DNA of 63,475 nucleotides, filler included, from Hausera hauseri (Eukaryota): NCBI GenBank assembly GCA_046269625.1. It is 12 parts of 12 records of this genome, joined end to end, with 100 filler letters (N's around TTAATTAATTAA, not from the genome) between each part and the next. Parts side by side here need not be neighbours in the genome. Positions count along the whole stretch, not along the records: positions 1 to 5,490 come from JBJURY010243738.1; positions 5,591 to 12,766 come from JBJURY010033224.1; positions 12,867 to 17,889 come from JBJURY010358709.1; 9 more parts are not named here. One strand, 5' to 3'. Shown piece by piece: positions 1 to 12,964 of this stretch (position 1 is its first letter; each line of letters starts with the position of its first letter). The notes under the pieces were generated by a model. It saw only the letters and a program-made list of their open reading frames with translations, ran no database searches and was not told where the DNA came from. The position numbers and the translations under genes were made by a program.

Positions 1-84
1 CCAGGGACGAGATGGGAGGGGTGCCAGTCTAAATAGTGAGCCAATTCGGCTGCTTGTATATAGTTGGCAGGAAGAAGGAGCATT

Positions 85-904
85 CAGGGGCGGATTGGGA
101 GGCCGAAATGCGCCCGGCAACTACAAAGAGGGGTCCATGTTCCGGGGGGACCTTTTGAACGGAAACTATAACTTATTCAATTTTTTGAAATTTAGTGTTA
201 AAATAATTGATACGATCTTATTCAACTCATGCCGACAAATGCTTTTTTTTTATTTTAATAACTTCAAAATTTAAATTAATCTGAATAAACTTATCAATAA
301 ATAAGGGGCACAGCGTGGCCCAGGCGGTTGATGCGTTAGCTTTTAACCAACTACGCGGCGCCTATGAATGGAAGATTTCGGGTTTGGATCCCAGCTACCT
401 TGAATTCGAACCCAGCGTACTTCTAAATGGGTTTTTCTTTAGAAAACACGCCACTCCGAGGGTTCATACCACCAAAAAATGGTAAATCCATTAGTAACTG
501 TTGGTAACTCATAAAAACAAAACAAAAAATAAATAAAAACATTCAATTTTTATGGACAAATAAATAATATCGCTTTTATTATAAGTCAGGTAGGTTTGTG
601 GTTTATACACATTTGCAATCAGATTGCGTCTCTACAATTTATTTGAAGCGAAGATGGATTCTGGGATCAGCAAAAAGCAAAGGGGATCACACGATCCTGA
701 AGTGCATTAAATGTTTCAAATTATTCTGATGTGTTGATTAATTTTAAGGGCTTCTTTAAAAACATTAATCCTTCCTTCTGGTAGGATCTTTTTCGGGAGG
801 TTCCTTTTTTTCTATTGGGGGCCCTGATTTCCCCCCACCACCGATCACTAGGACTGGGCCCAGCTGGACATTGCCGGTCTGACGGGCGGTCCAGTCCGCC
901 CCTG
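85..904. mobile_element. hAT-like non-autonomous element (MITE)
   Basis: TIRs CAGGGGCGGATTGG (85) and CCAGTCCGCCCCTG (ends 904); 8-bp TSD GGAGCATT / GGAGCATC. Confidence 0.8.
305..540 (+). mobile_element. tRNA-derived SINE nested in the MITE
   Basis: A-box-like TGGCCCAGGCGG, B-box-like GGTTTGGATCCC, A-rich tail, AATAAATAA on both flanks as a possible TSD. Confidence 0.6.
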
Positions 905-1466
905 GGAGCATCACAATTAATTCCTTCCCTGTTGAAAAAAAAGGGCATCAAATTCAGTCCCTGCCTGGGGCGAAGTATGAGCCCAGCCGTGTATTCGGTA
1001 CCCCATAATAAAATAATTAATAAATTCGGACGTTACGAGGACTAAATATTGCACGATAAAGTTAGAAACTGCCTCACTAAAATATTTTTTTTTTTTTTTT
1101 GAGCTCGAGAAATTCGCATAAATTATAAGAATCTTCAACGAAAAAGTTACTCTTGGGATATTTTAGTTTCAGTCGTTTTAAAATTCTTTAGGTATATTTT
1201 GTGTCACTTTTAATTTAAAACAAAGTGCTTATTTTTATGTTGCAGCGAAGAATTGGTGCGAACGTTTTTCATGAAATATCTCAATTAAATTGCAGTTCCT
1301 AGTGAGAATCCTCTGTACCGGAATTTTCTTCGTTTCCAAAATTTTTCAATAGTTTTCAACATTTTGTGCAAATGGTTTAAAATTTCACTCCTAGTTTTTT
1401 TTAAAGTAGCAATTAATGTTTTCTACATGCATTTTGTTGCTTAGGGACCCGTGATGCCCTCTGAAT

Positions 1467-1751
1467 CAGACCTCCAGTCGATTACAGTCGAAGTGTAAGG
1501 ATTACAAATCGGAATGTTCTTATTCTCAAAAACGGATTGCCATTACAGTCAGTATTAAGCAATTTTTGAAAGCGCAAATTATGGTTACGTGCAAATTCAT
1601 AAATTTCCAATGACGATTGCGAATTGTAATCAATTATGATCATTCTTAAAAGCAGATTACGATTAGTCGCAATTATAGTAATTTTAGAAAATTCTGATTA
1701 CATGCCGTTCCAGAATTTTAGATTACGATTACGTAATCCACTCGAGGACTG
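1467..1751. mobile_element. hAT-like MITE with internal GATTAC repeats
   Basis: Imperfect ~19-bp TIR (CAGACCTCCAGTCGATTAC vs reverse complement CAGTCCTCGAGTGGATTAC); degenerate 8-bp TSD CTCTGAAT / CTCAGAGT. Confidence 0.65.
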
Positions 1752-3954
1752 CTCAGAGTTCCGTATGTTGTTCAGTTCAATATGTGTTAATTTTTCTCTT
1801 GAATATATTCTCTTAAACATAAGCATGAGGAAGGAAAAAAAGCAAGTGAATCTGCTTCATTATTGTGCTGTCTTTCCAAAAAAAAATTATTTTTTCCATC
1901 ACTAATTTATTTTTCTTTGATTGAAATTTCGGAAAGCGTACATATGACTATTTTGTCAGATTACAATCGTGTAATCCGCTTGGAAATTTTGCGCCATTGT
2001 AGATCGTTATCTGTAGTGTTCAATGTTTTTCAATCAAATTTTTAAACATTTTCTGTATATTTTTGGAAATTTACTCACTGAAATTTCCCATAATTCTACC
2101 AGTTTACTAAAGCATGCTCTATTTTACCAACACTTGCCGAGACTAGGATTTGAATTCATCGGAAGTTCGCAAGAATTGGGGCAACCTAGTCGGCTAAGCT
2201 GATGTTAAATACTAGACATCAAGATTTGGGATAATATTTACTATCATTCTTACGCAACATCACACTCGAAACGGAAGGGGTTCGGCGCGCGCTATTACTG
2301 TATTGTGAGGCATTACGGCATTTGAACTTCAAAGATGCTAAATTCCTGGAATATTCAAGGAAGTGTTATATCACTAATTATAACTCTTATAGAAACCTCG
2401 CATTTTAATGGAGTTAACTTTAACCACTTCAGTGGCAACCCCGAGTATATTCGTCATTTGGAATGCATTGCATTATGCCATTCACGGAATCATATAATCA
2501 GATTACGTAAGGGAAGGCCGACCGCTTAAGTGCTTAATTCGGTTTTTAAAACTAATTTAAGATAAAAGGATTCAAGTTTGTTTGTGTTTTTTTAATTTTA
2601 AGAACGTGAATTCCCTCTCCCCCGTCCTTTATCGCAGATTGAAAATACATATCCGTGGATAATCAAGCAATAAAAAAGAATCGTGCTTTGAATTTTTGAA
2701 TGAACGTCGGAGGGGGGGGGGGGAGCAGAAAAGTGTCGAAACTCTTACAGACATTTTTTTTTTCTTTGAAGCTGACAATATTATTCGACCCAATGATTAT
2801 TATATAATATTTATATGAATTGAAAGACAAGAAAATTAGTTTAAATAAGTACATATCACGTAAAGTTCCTCTCTCTGTATTTGTTTTTAATTTTGCGACG
2901 TACTTAGAATAATTCATGCATCTAGAAAGGAGGAGGTGGTGGCACATTATATTTATACCTTTGTACATAATATGTTTCTTAATATTTGACTACTTTCGTG
3001 TTTGTTGTACTAAGACGAAGGAAATGTATACCGGAAGGCGCCGAAAACCAACGTCGGGCACGGGAAAATATTCACACTTGACTCATGCATTTTATAACAA
3101 AAAGAAATGTATTGTGGAGCTGCCGCATCTCAAAGAAATTGCCGAGAAATCTCTTTTTTTTTTTTTTTTGCAAGACTAATTTTAAAAACAAAGTTCCGAA
3201 GTTCGGGATTTTTGCGCAGCCGATCTGACTGCCAGAAGTTTTGGGTAGTTTTTTTTTTTTTTTTTTTTTGCAGATTAACGTGGATATGGACAAACACCCT
3301 TTAAAAATTGACCACATAAGATACATGTCTTTTCTGACCAGTCCTAAATAAAAACAACCAGGGAATCAGCATTTTGTCCGGTTCGCGTATAGCGAGCGGA
3401 CCTCCGCAGCACGCATAAAAATACACTTCGATTTTTTTTTTTTTTTTTTTAAATGTCGGATATTCAAGTGGTATCGCGGTGAATAACCATAACGTAGTGT
3501 TTACGGCGAAATTCCACCGCAACTGTTGAATTTTTCGTGATACAGATTTCAGTTAGTAAAAGAAAGAAATCTGTAATCTGCCGATGTACGGTTTAACCAA
3601 CGAAGATGGTAACATAGCAGCTGCATTAAAACATGAGAAATCGTAGCGATTACGGAAATGGACACTTTTTTTTCTAAATTACGGAAATGTACATTTATTT
3701 TTTAAATTTCTAATTAAATCTACTTCATTCTATCCAGTGCCTTAATTTGCAATTTAATTTTCAAGTTGATTCTATCATTTTTTCTACACGAAACAGTTTT
3801 ATTTTGCTTTTATTTAAATTTCTCGCTGCAATGGCCACAATATCTTCTTTAGATTTTATTGGTTGACAGACCAATCACGAAACGAATAAAATGGGGACAT
3901 CATTTTGCTCCAGTAGCTCGACGAAGAACAACCATCTTCATTGGTTAATATTTT

Positions 3955-4333
3955 TTATTGTTGTTGTGTTGTTACTAATACCACTTGGATTGACCAAGCC
4001 CGCGACCACCATTGCTGCGCGATTTTACGGCAAGAGGGAACGGCTTCTGTGTCAAAGCGAGCACCGCAAGGGTGCAAGACCGACTTCGTCGAACCCGATA
4101 GATGGCAGCATCATACCATCGGGTGATCTCGTAAATTTGATCCAGAACCACGTCACGAGATAACTTGGTTCCAGTATCTCCAGAGGTATCTGAGAACCTG
4201 GAGGACTTTGAGACCACAGCATATTTAACGTGCCCCGGTCGCCGTTAGCGAACACGGCGGTCTTTGGTCGGGTCTGGGATTCGAACCCGCAATCCACCGG
4301 TTACTAGCCGACGCGTTTGCCGACTGGGCTACC
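3955..4333 (-). mobile_element. tRNA-derived SINE (Thr-AGT-like head)
   Basis: Minus strand reads GGTAGCCCAGTCGG (A box), anticodon-like loop CTAGTAA, GGTTCGAATCCC (B box), then a GC-rich body and an (ACA)n-like tail; no intact acceptor stem. Confidence 0.7.
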
Positions 4334-4600
4334 GTATTTTTATTTTACTTTTTACGAAAATAAGATGGCAATTTTTTCCCGTTATTTATTTATTTATTTT
4401 TTTTTTTTTTTTACTATTTTTCGCGATATTCTGTGTGGGGCCCAGAATAATTATTCGAAAAATATGATTTCGAATGGTAATTTAAAATACTTTGTTGAAC
4501 AATATGCTGTTATTTGTTTCAGAGATTTAAGTGAAATCGATATGTATAACATGTGTATTTACAGCGAAATTCGATCGAAATAGTGGAATTTTTCACTATA

Positions 4601-4998
4601 CAGTAAGAGCCTCGATTATCTGGACATCAGTCATCCGGACGTTTGATTATCTGGACCTCAATCATCCGGACGTTCGATTATCCGGACCTCAATCATCCGG
4701 ACGTCCTAAAAATTGCACATTAAACATACACAAAATATTTCTCTCATTCAGAAATGAGAAATTTATGTTAAAATTAACTTTCATTATTCATTGTTTTAAA
4801 CATTTCTGCTTCTTTGAAATAAAAATAGATTATATTTGTACGTTAAGTCCTATGTTTTTCCTTAACATTGAAATTTATGTATGTACATATGTAAATTCAT
4901 GCAAAAGTGCGTGTTTTTAATGAAATTCGATTATCCGAATTTTCGTTTATCCGGATCACTCCTGACAACAATTAGTCCGGATAATAGAGGTTCTGCTG
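4601..4998. mobile_element. pogo/Tigger-like MITE
   Basis: TA-CAGTAAGAGCCTC ... GAGGTTCTGCTG-TA ends; repeated (TT/TC)ATCCGGAC subterminal motifs. Confidence 0.8.
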
Positions 4999-5490
4999 TA
5001 AATACTTTTTTTTTAGTAATTGGTGCATTATTTTCTTAAAAATCCGTTACTATTATTTTTACAAAATTTAAATTCCTATTTTTTCCTACTTTTTTGTAGT
5101 GGATTTCCTAGTTTTTTCCTAGTTTTCTGGGAAAAATTCCTAGTTTTACTACTATTTTTCGCGATATTTAACGTGTGACCTCTGCTTCAGGAACATTGTT
5201 AAATCCACTGTGGGCAGGCTGACCGGGCGAATGTGTAAATATGTAATCATATTATTTATAAATCTTAGAGGCGCCAAAAAAGAAAAAAAAAAGGAATCTG
5301 TCCCCGATAAACAAAATTTTCTCGGGCCGGCACTTTAAACCAAACGGGAGATCGAAATGTAGCAGCCCTTTGCCGATACAAAATTCTCACTTCAGGCATG
5401 TACAATTGGAAAATCGGACTTTGGTTACATTTACTGCTCGGAATATAATTTGTTAAGAGATGTTGCTAGTGCAAAAATTTTACTTTAAGA

Positions 5491-5590
5491 NNNNNNNNNN
5501 NNNNNNNNNNNNNNNNNNNNNNNNNNNNNNNNNNTTAATTAATTAANNNNNNNNNNNNNNNNNNNNNNNNNNNNNNNNNNNNNNNNNNNN
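5491..5590. other. Artificial contig spacer, first of 11 (others at 12767, 17890, 24033, 30375, 36260, 40450, 45871, 49942, 54004, 58824; each 100 bp)
   Basis: Identical 44N-TTAATTAATTAA-44N block at every gap; the 12-mer places stop codons in all six frames. Confidence 0.99.
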
Positions 5591-7455
5591 TAGAAGTACC
5601 ACGATCACACGCCAACCTTGAAGTAAATACCGCTGGTGAATTAATGCTCCTGGGACCCTATTACCCATAGCCCCTCCACAGTCCCTTACGGTTACTTGGG
5701 ATTCTGGTACATATACTATCACAATAATCTAGTAGCAAACTCCACTTAGAGAGTTTTAAATGTGCATTTATTGTCTGGGGGAAAGGAATCTTATATCAAG
5801 AAATCACCATCGGAATGGGACTTTTGTCTGTACGGTGGATAATGATATGTGGAGCAGGGCATTTATGGGAATGTCTCTTGTGATGTGGTGATGAATTAAT
5901 GTAATCTTCAATATTTTGAATAAATTAAAACTCGTACGATTTTAAACACATTTGATTATATCAGTATTAAATGCAGTTACTTTAATTACATCCGTTTTTG
6001 CATAACTGCTGGACTGGTGGAAGGAACTCAGAGAGTGTTAGTGGACCATTAGGGGGCGCAATATTTGCCTTGTCCCGGGCACTGGCAACCCACTGTAAGC
6101 TACATGAACATCTTGCCAGATGGATTTCGTGAGAACTGGATGCAGAGTGGGCGAATAAAAAGAACCAAGGCGATATGTCTCAGAAGTATGATTGAAGAAA
6201 GAATACTGTAGGGAAAGCAAGAAAGTCCTACAATCAATGGAATGGTGAACGAGAATATCTTTCGGTAGACGCAGAGGGTAAATAGGGGAATGTTCCGAAT
6301 GGTGCTTCAATAGAAAATAGCTGGCGTGGTGTTAGCCACGTCACATTCTCACGTGGTTCACTACCGCTAGTGATGTGACAAGCGTTGTAGGCCGCCAGTG
6401 TTGATTACCGCAACACTGTCGATTAAATGATTTCGAACCCATACCATTCTAGATAGACTGCAGAAATGTATTGACAAAACTGAATAGAACCACTCACAAT
6501 TGTTTAGACAGCACGTGACGTTCTATGGCATCATGTATATTATAAAATAATATTGATAAATATGTAGGTTATTGATTAATTCTGGCCGATGAGCATAAAA
6601 CAGTGGAGTCAGTGCGGGAATGTATGGCGAACTGTGACTTCGACGCAGGGAAGTTTTTAATACTATGACGTCATTTGTAAGTCCGTCTTGGCTGTAAGAC
6701 CGACCAGACATTGTGTTTGTAACGGGGTCTCTTTTAATTTGCTGTCCGCCGATTTGAGGGAAAAAAATAGGTTGATGGTGGAGGGAGAGTTTAATGTCTT
6801 GCTATGTCTCTTTATGAAAGGCGGGAAAACTCTAGATCCAATGTTAAATATCCGTGTTATTGATTTCATTGTCTGGCTGGTCAGGAAAATGGCCTTGTAC
6901 ATTGACTGAGAATAATAAGCTCACTAATGATAGTGCTTTTTTCATACTTGTTATTGGTTTCTATGAACCATGTGTCATTTCTCATTTTGGCTGGTATTTT
7001 TAAAATCATTTTTTAAACTGCCAAAAATATTTTTTTTTTAATGTTGCATTTCATTTTTGTGAACATTTATACATTTAAAATACGTGAGACATGGTCGTGG
7101 GTTCAGCATCGAGAAGAGCAGACGCTCGGTGATGTGGAGACTGAACAACAACAAACACCCGCTGTTGGTGGCGTAACTTGATTCAAATATTCCTCTCACA
7201 TTGAAAATTCTGATCCGTAAACTGGTTCTAGAGTGAAGAAGGTTCCATCGATTGTCGTATTAAATAGCCTATGTGTTTTCCTGTTTCCCAAAGAACGTAT
7301 CCGAAGTCAGTTCTGTTATCCGAAATGATCATTTCTGTTGCAGCTATTTGTTTTTGCCAACTCGAGTTTAACCCTCCGCGGCTTGAAACCGGCAAAAGTG
7401 TCTAGTGGTGATCCTAGCGGTATTATATGTATAACCCATACATTAATATACGAAA

Positions 7456-7547
7456 AGGGCTGTAGTCCTAAGAAGGACTCAGGAGTAGTTGTGTTGAGCA
7501 TTCCTTCTGTCCCAGTGGAGTCTAGTAGGGCGGACCGGAGTCCTCCA
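7456..7547. repeat. Dispersed ~95-bp repeat, copy 1 (copy 2 at ~10804-10898)
   Basis: AAGGGCTGT..CTCAGGAGT..TGTGTTGAGCATTCCT.CTGTCCCAGTGGAGTCTAG..GGACCGG occurs twice with scattered substitutions. Confidence 0.85.
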
Positions 7548-7564
7548 GCAAAGCACTGTACCAG

Positions 7565-7750
7565 GTGGGAGAAAACAGGGTGGACAGAAGAAAGGATGGG
7601 AGGATAATATCAAGGAATGGACAGGCTGACGTTCAGCGCATCACAGAACACAGCCAAGAACCGAGATGAATGGAGAAGGGTCGTTCGCGGGTCATTGAAT
7701 GTGCCCCAGCAACCACCATAGGTTATGGAACTGATGATGATGATGAGTAT
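7565..7750 (+). mobile_element. 3' end of an RTE-clade LINE
   Basis: Translates to WEDNIKEWTG...AKNRDEWRRVV, followed by a (TGA)n tail typical of RTE 3' ends. Confidence 0.75.
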
Positions 7751-8112
7751 AAACAGATATATCATGACTCCTGTAAATGTCGGAGAATGAAAGTAGAAGA
7801 AGACCATATGTACATTTATACGTACAGTCTGCTATGATAAATTGCAATTCACTTATGTAAAAATGGTACACTCCGAAAGATATTAACACGAAATCCGTAC
7901 ACACGTCTGTCTTTTGCCTGCATTGCACTCGTGTTTTTAATAGTGACATATTTAGTACATTAAATCTTAGCTGTTTTATTATCTATTCTATCCAGAATAA
8001 CAAAAATAATTCATATAATATAATGAAAACATCCTTTAATTAATATATTTCTGACTTAAAACTTCCAGGGGAGTTTCATTACATATAGCCCTGGTCCTCG
8101 GCGTCTTAGATT

Positions 8113-8297
8113 CTATTTGGCAGCAGCTAAGGTAACAACTGGCAAGTCGCCTCTACATTTACAGACAGGACATCCATCGACTTCTTCAAATCCGTTGAAG
8201 CAATACATCATGCAAATTATTCCAGAGCAAGCTCTTCTTTGTAAAGGTGATTGTAGGTCATCAGTCTTCACTGCCTTGTCGATAACACCTGCAGTCA
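8113..8297 (-). CDS. Antistasin-family protease inhibitor-like peptide, terminal exon
   Basis: CSGIICMMYCFNGFEEVDGCPVCKC fits the antistasin Cys pattern; TTTTCAG acceptor ending at 8298; stop at 8113; AATAAA downstream at ~7975-7980. Confidence 0.8.
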
Positions 8298-9119
8298 CTG
8301 AAAACAACGTTTACAGAAATAATAATCAGAAAGCAGTATCAAGGTAACAGAATACACAAGAAGTACATACTTTTTCATTAAATATCATGCGGGTATTAGT
8401 TTGCCATCGTGGCTACCCATTGTATACGATTTTTGTGTCTCTAATTTGTTGTGTTATTTTCCATTTCCCATGATACCTGATCAACCCGTCAAAGAACTTT
8501 GCTTTTGACCTGTTCCTTCGTTTCTTTGAATAGAACAATGGGAATTGTCTGATCTTTGTTCCGCATTCATCGAGCATCAGCTCTTACTGACTTTGATGCT
8601 ATTACATGGTAATATTCAGTTTTAATGACTGCCATATAGTACATTGACTTTGTTTGGGTCGTCATATAGTAGAGTCTGTCTTAGCTCCTGTAGTGCGGAG
8701 CAAGACAGCAGATGGTGCACAATGTCTGCATCTTGCGGTAGTCTGGGGGTGTAGTCTGTTTCTGAGAACATTTAGCGTAAAGTGGCCAGTTCTCAAACTG
8801 AAGATCTGTGTTTGGTACTTTCGTTCTATCTTGTTGTTACCATCTTCATTATTGGGGGCTGTATGATGTCTGAAGGTTTAGCTAGTGCCCACATATGCAC
8901 CCAGTTTTCTCTACAATTATATTTGATTATTTATTCTCCTGTTTCAGAACGTAATGGATGCACTTTCTGGTGTATTTGTGCTCAATGGGGAATTAAAAGG
9001 CCTATAGCTCAAAAAGTGAAAACTTTGAAGACAGTACTGAATACAATGGTATACAGTTCAACACGCAAATCTGGTGAACAGTGGAATGTGAAATTTAAAA
9101 GAAAAAAGGTATCAAGTAC

Positions 9120-9189
9120 CGAGTAAAAATGATGATGAGAAGAACTGGGGAAGCAAAAACGAGAGACATCTCTGCAGCAGTTTCTTCAT
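9120..9189 (-). CDS. Probable first (signal peptide) exon of the antistasin-like gene
   Basis: MKKLLQRCLSFLLPQFFSSSFLL ends at a phase-1 G|GTACTT donor that joins in frame to the exon at 8297. Confidence 0.5.
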
Positions 9190-9297
9190 ATCTTTGAAAA
9201 CCTTGGTATACATTACATGGCCAATGAGTTAGATGCATGGGTGTTTACATCTCCTCAATGTACATCAATACCGAGTGTATCAGTGATAATATATTTC

Positions 9298-9304
9298 ATT
9301 TATA
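9298..9304 (-). promoter_or_regulatory. Candidate TATA box of the antistasin-like gene
   Basis: TATAAAT about 110 nt upstream of the proposed ATG. Confidence 0.35.
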
Positions 9305-9798
9305 GGTCTCTTTGAATTACTTTACATACAGTCGTTTCTGGTATTTTTTTCGATTTACATTTTGAGGTGTAGTAGTAGTATTAGTTGTTGTTGCTCCTGT
9401 CACTACGAGGTTCCCCTGTTATCAATAAGTTCGACGGTCATCTTTCTGTACATGTGCAGATGACACAATCACCTTTTCGATAAGGAAACTTGATTACAAT
9501 AGCTTTGACGCACCCCGGTCCTCATATAATAGCATGGGCCCCACTATCACGGGGATTAGCAGAGCCGCCCGGGGGGAGGGGGTGAGATCGTGTTGGCTGC
9601 ACAGTCATCATCTCACCTCCCCCTACCACAGGGGACTGTATCGATACTCCTAACGTTGGTCAGAATTTCGTCTGTTTCCAGGACGCATTTACGTGGAAGC
9701 GTTGAGAGAACTTAATCCTGGGCGTAATTTGGAGGTGTAATAATGAGGCATCAAACTGACAGTACGAATTTTGAAAGAGTTTTCAAAGCGAATATGTT

Positions 9799-10450
9799 TT
9801 GGAGCCAGACAAGAAGTACCCCAAGGGTTTTCACACAGAACACTTGTCTCAGAACGTTGTTATTGATGGTGAGGTAAATACCAGGATCTCCAAAGCCAGC
9901 AGCACATTTGGCAGACTGTACACCAATGTTTGGTATCGAAGTGGTATTAGTCTACAGACAAAGCTGAAGGTACGCAGACCTGGTGCTTTCAGTCCTGCTG
10001 TATGCCTGTCAAACATTGACTATACAAGTAAACTAAATCCATGTTACGACCAGAAGCAAACATTTTTCCTTGACATCGACACATGATCGGGTTATGTTGT
10101 CAGCACAACACCAGACCGCTTTTACTTTCCCAGAGAATTTCTCTGGTACCTATTCTTGAGACTTGGAGCCGTTTTCGGTGGAAAAAAAATGCAACCTACC
10201 ACATATGGGATTGAATCTACGATCATACGATCGACAAGCAAGTGCACTAGCCACTCCGCCACCGCGACTTCATGTTGTTTACAGATGTCACCTTTAAAAG
10301 CTCAACCACTTTCACAGTGTCTCCAGAAAAGTGATACAAATCAAATGGTAAGACAAGATCTCAGATACCGTCGTACCTGACAAACTTAATATCCCCAGCA
10401 TCGACAATATTCTGACGTAGTTACAGATTCGCCTGGCAGGTAATGTAGTT
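9799..10450 (+). pseudogene. RTE-clade LINE reverse transcriptase C-terminal remnant
   Basis: IDGEVNTRISKASSTFGRLYTNVWYRSGISLQTKLKV; further degraded similarity to ~10450. Confidence 0.8.
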
Positions 10451-10803
10451 CAGGTGTACATTGAAATGTTCATCCTGAGGAAACAGTCCCTACTTACATT
10501 GTCCAAGATTTTTCTTTGCCCCCATCGAGATGATCCGCCACATTCAAAGCCATACAAGCAGACCATTGGATGAATTTAGGGGTTCTCATCATTGCGATTG
10601 GCGGATTCATTATTCAACCAGCTGTACAGCATGTTTGTGTATTTATGTTCGTATCCCCTTCACCCTTATAATGCCGTTCTTAATTTTCTTAAAATGACGG
10701 TATCCGCGGCTATATGACTATATTACTCATAGAACTGTGCCGTATTTTGTTCTTGTTTGATCTCCTCATCGCGGGGCGTCATCTCTTCAGGATGATCCCT
10801 GAT

Positions 10804-10898
10804 AAGGGCTGTGTTCCTACGAAGGGCTCAGGAGTTGCTGTGTTGAGCATTCCTGCTGTCCCAGTGGAGTCTAGGAGGGTGGACCGGGTTCCTCTAGA
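10804..10898. repeat. Dispersed ~95-bp repeat, copy 2
   Basis: Aligns by eye to 7456-7547. Confidence 0.85.
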
Positions 10899-12866
10899 TT
10901 TAGTGCAATGCTTGGCCTCCTAAAGTTATCCACCTCTCACATGGGGACCATGGCGATCCTTCCAACGTTGGCCCGAATTGCTTCTGTTTCCATGACGCAC
11001 TACAATGAAGTGTTGAAAGGTCTTGGCCAGTATGTTGGTTCCTGGCCCTGACCAAGATCGCGCAGCGATCAACGACGTGAATGATTTTCAACGATTGTGC
11101 CGTGACACATTAGTGATCCGAGGATGGCCTGCAGGAGTGCGTTGTGGGAGAAAGTTATCATACTTTTTAAAAATGTCATCTTGCGAAAATATCTCTGGTT
11201 CCCGTTAACAGCAAGGCGAACCGTGGCTTACACTATCACGTATCTTAATCCACAATCTTCGCCTTGATAGAACGAATGACTGACCTGACGGTTTGTCCAA
11301 AACAGCGTCTTTCTCGTGCATTTAAATAGTGCTTTTGTCAGTTTGCCTTTGGTAAGGACAGGCCTTCCCATCTCGTCACTAGAAAATAGGAAAAGTCCAG
11401 TGCGGTGTTTTTGTTGGTATTAATTTATTATTAATGACACGTTATTTACAATGTGAGCACAGAAATATTAAACGTACAAATATATAAACTTCCATATTAA
11501 AATCCATACACACCAATGCCGAGAGTCATCAGGATTATGAACACAGTCTTCATGTTTGGTCTATTCCACGTGAAAGCTTCTGAATACGTTATGCTCTTGC
11601 TAATCGCTTTAAATAAATTGTCCTGTTTCTAGACTTATCTTCGAGAGATAACATTTTTCCCCATCTCTTATCTAATGTGGGCTGTACAATGTAAACATAT
11701 CTCACGAAAATCGTGATTTTAGACTGACTTCAATGCGTTACAACAACACGATTTTCTTCCATTCATTACGTATATTTATGTAAACAATACTATTACACCC
11801 CACCTGCTGCTTCTTCCTCAACGTTTTTAACTATACACGGACACCACCGACTGCTGTACATTGCCCTGTCTTTTCGAGGTCCACTGATGGCATGGAGCTC
11901 CACCTTAAGTGACCTGCCTGAAGTCGGTGTTTATTTGTCCCATCAAACGATCTACAATAAGACAACGTTAACGAATGAATCTATTTATGTTTGGGGAGTA
12001 TGGAGAGTTGGCACGCTTCTACAGTGCAGGCACAGGCTGTCTAAAATAACAAAACGATGCTGTTAATGTGATATGAATCTTAAGAATGCCTTCTTCTGGT
12101 TTGTTTCTTTTTTCTTTCCAGTTTTTTATTTGTATTATTTTTCTTATCAGTGGCGTGCGGTGACTTTCCTCGTAGGGGACTAGCTTCCATGATACTTTAA
12201 GAGGCTAAAAAACGGACCTTTTTATGTGATGTGTAGAATTATCTTTGCAAATGACATTTCAAATGTGACAACGTACTGAGTGTAATTACCTTAAATTATG
12301 CATTTTTGACATTAACAATGAAATAAACATACAAAGATAAAAATGAACATAAAATTCAACAACCAATTAAACACAAAAACAATGTGTTTGTTTATTTCAT
12401 TTATACGTTAATGCGATCCTCCTAGAATTTTAAAAAGAATATCGGTACGTGGAAAATGTGGCTGAAAACCTCTGATTTGAAATAACACCTACAGTTTTTC
12501 ATTTTTATTTTAACTGCATTGACTAGAGTGGGCCTACCTTTCGATATTATTTCTTGTTCTTCTTCAAAACTGAAGGCTTTTGAAAGTTACAGTGAACATT
12601 CTGTCAAGAATACCGCCTTGTCAGCTGACCCATTTCAACCAATCGTGTTGAATTGTTTTGTGGGAACAATATACTAAACCTAGTCCCATTGCAAATATTC
12701 TTATTTAAACAATCGTCTAACTAAATTAAAAACCCAGCACTTTTATACATCAAAAGATTCCTTACANNNNNNNNNNNNNNNNNNNNNNNNNNNNNNNNNN
12801 NNNNNNNNNNTTAATTAATTAANNNNNNNNNNNNNNNNNNNNNNNNNNNNNNNNNNNNNNNNNNNN

Positions 12867-12964
12867 AACCCAACCCATACCAGCCATTATACAACTACTA
12901 ATAAAATGGTTATATAAAAATGAGTTTAAATCACTCAGATTGTAAATTTTATGAAACAGGTCGT
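12867..12964 (+). repeat. 98-bp terminal direct repeat of contig 3 (second copy 17792-17889)
   Basis: Identical except one C/T difference (12934 vs 17859). Confidence 0.95.

Noticed and set aside
4270-4333. tRNA-Thr gene
   Set aside because: No acceptor stem pairing, and it continues into a body and simple-repeat tail; it is a SINE head
721-4920. Numerous short ORFs in contig 1
   Set aside because: They overlap MITEs, SINEs and homopolymer runs and show no protein motifs
5535-5546. Recurrent TTAATTAATTAA palindrome
   Set aside because: Assembly linker embedded in N runs; not biological
5780-6310. Possible CR1/L2 LINE 3' remnants
   Set aside because: Only faint SFF-type similarity; too degraded to call
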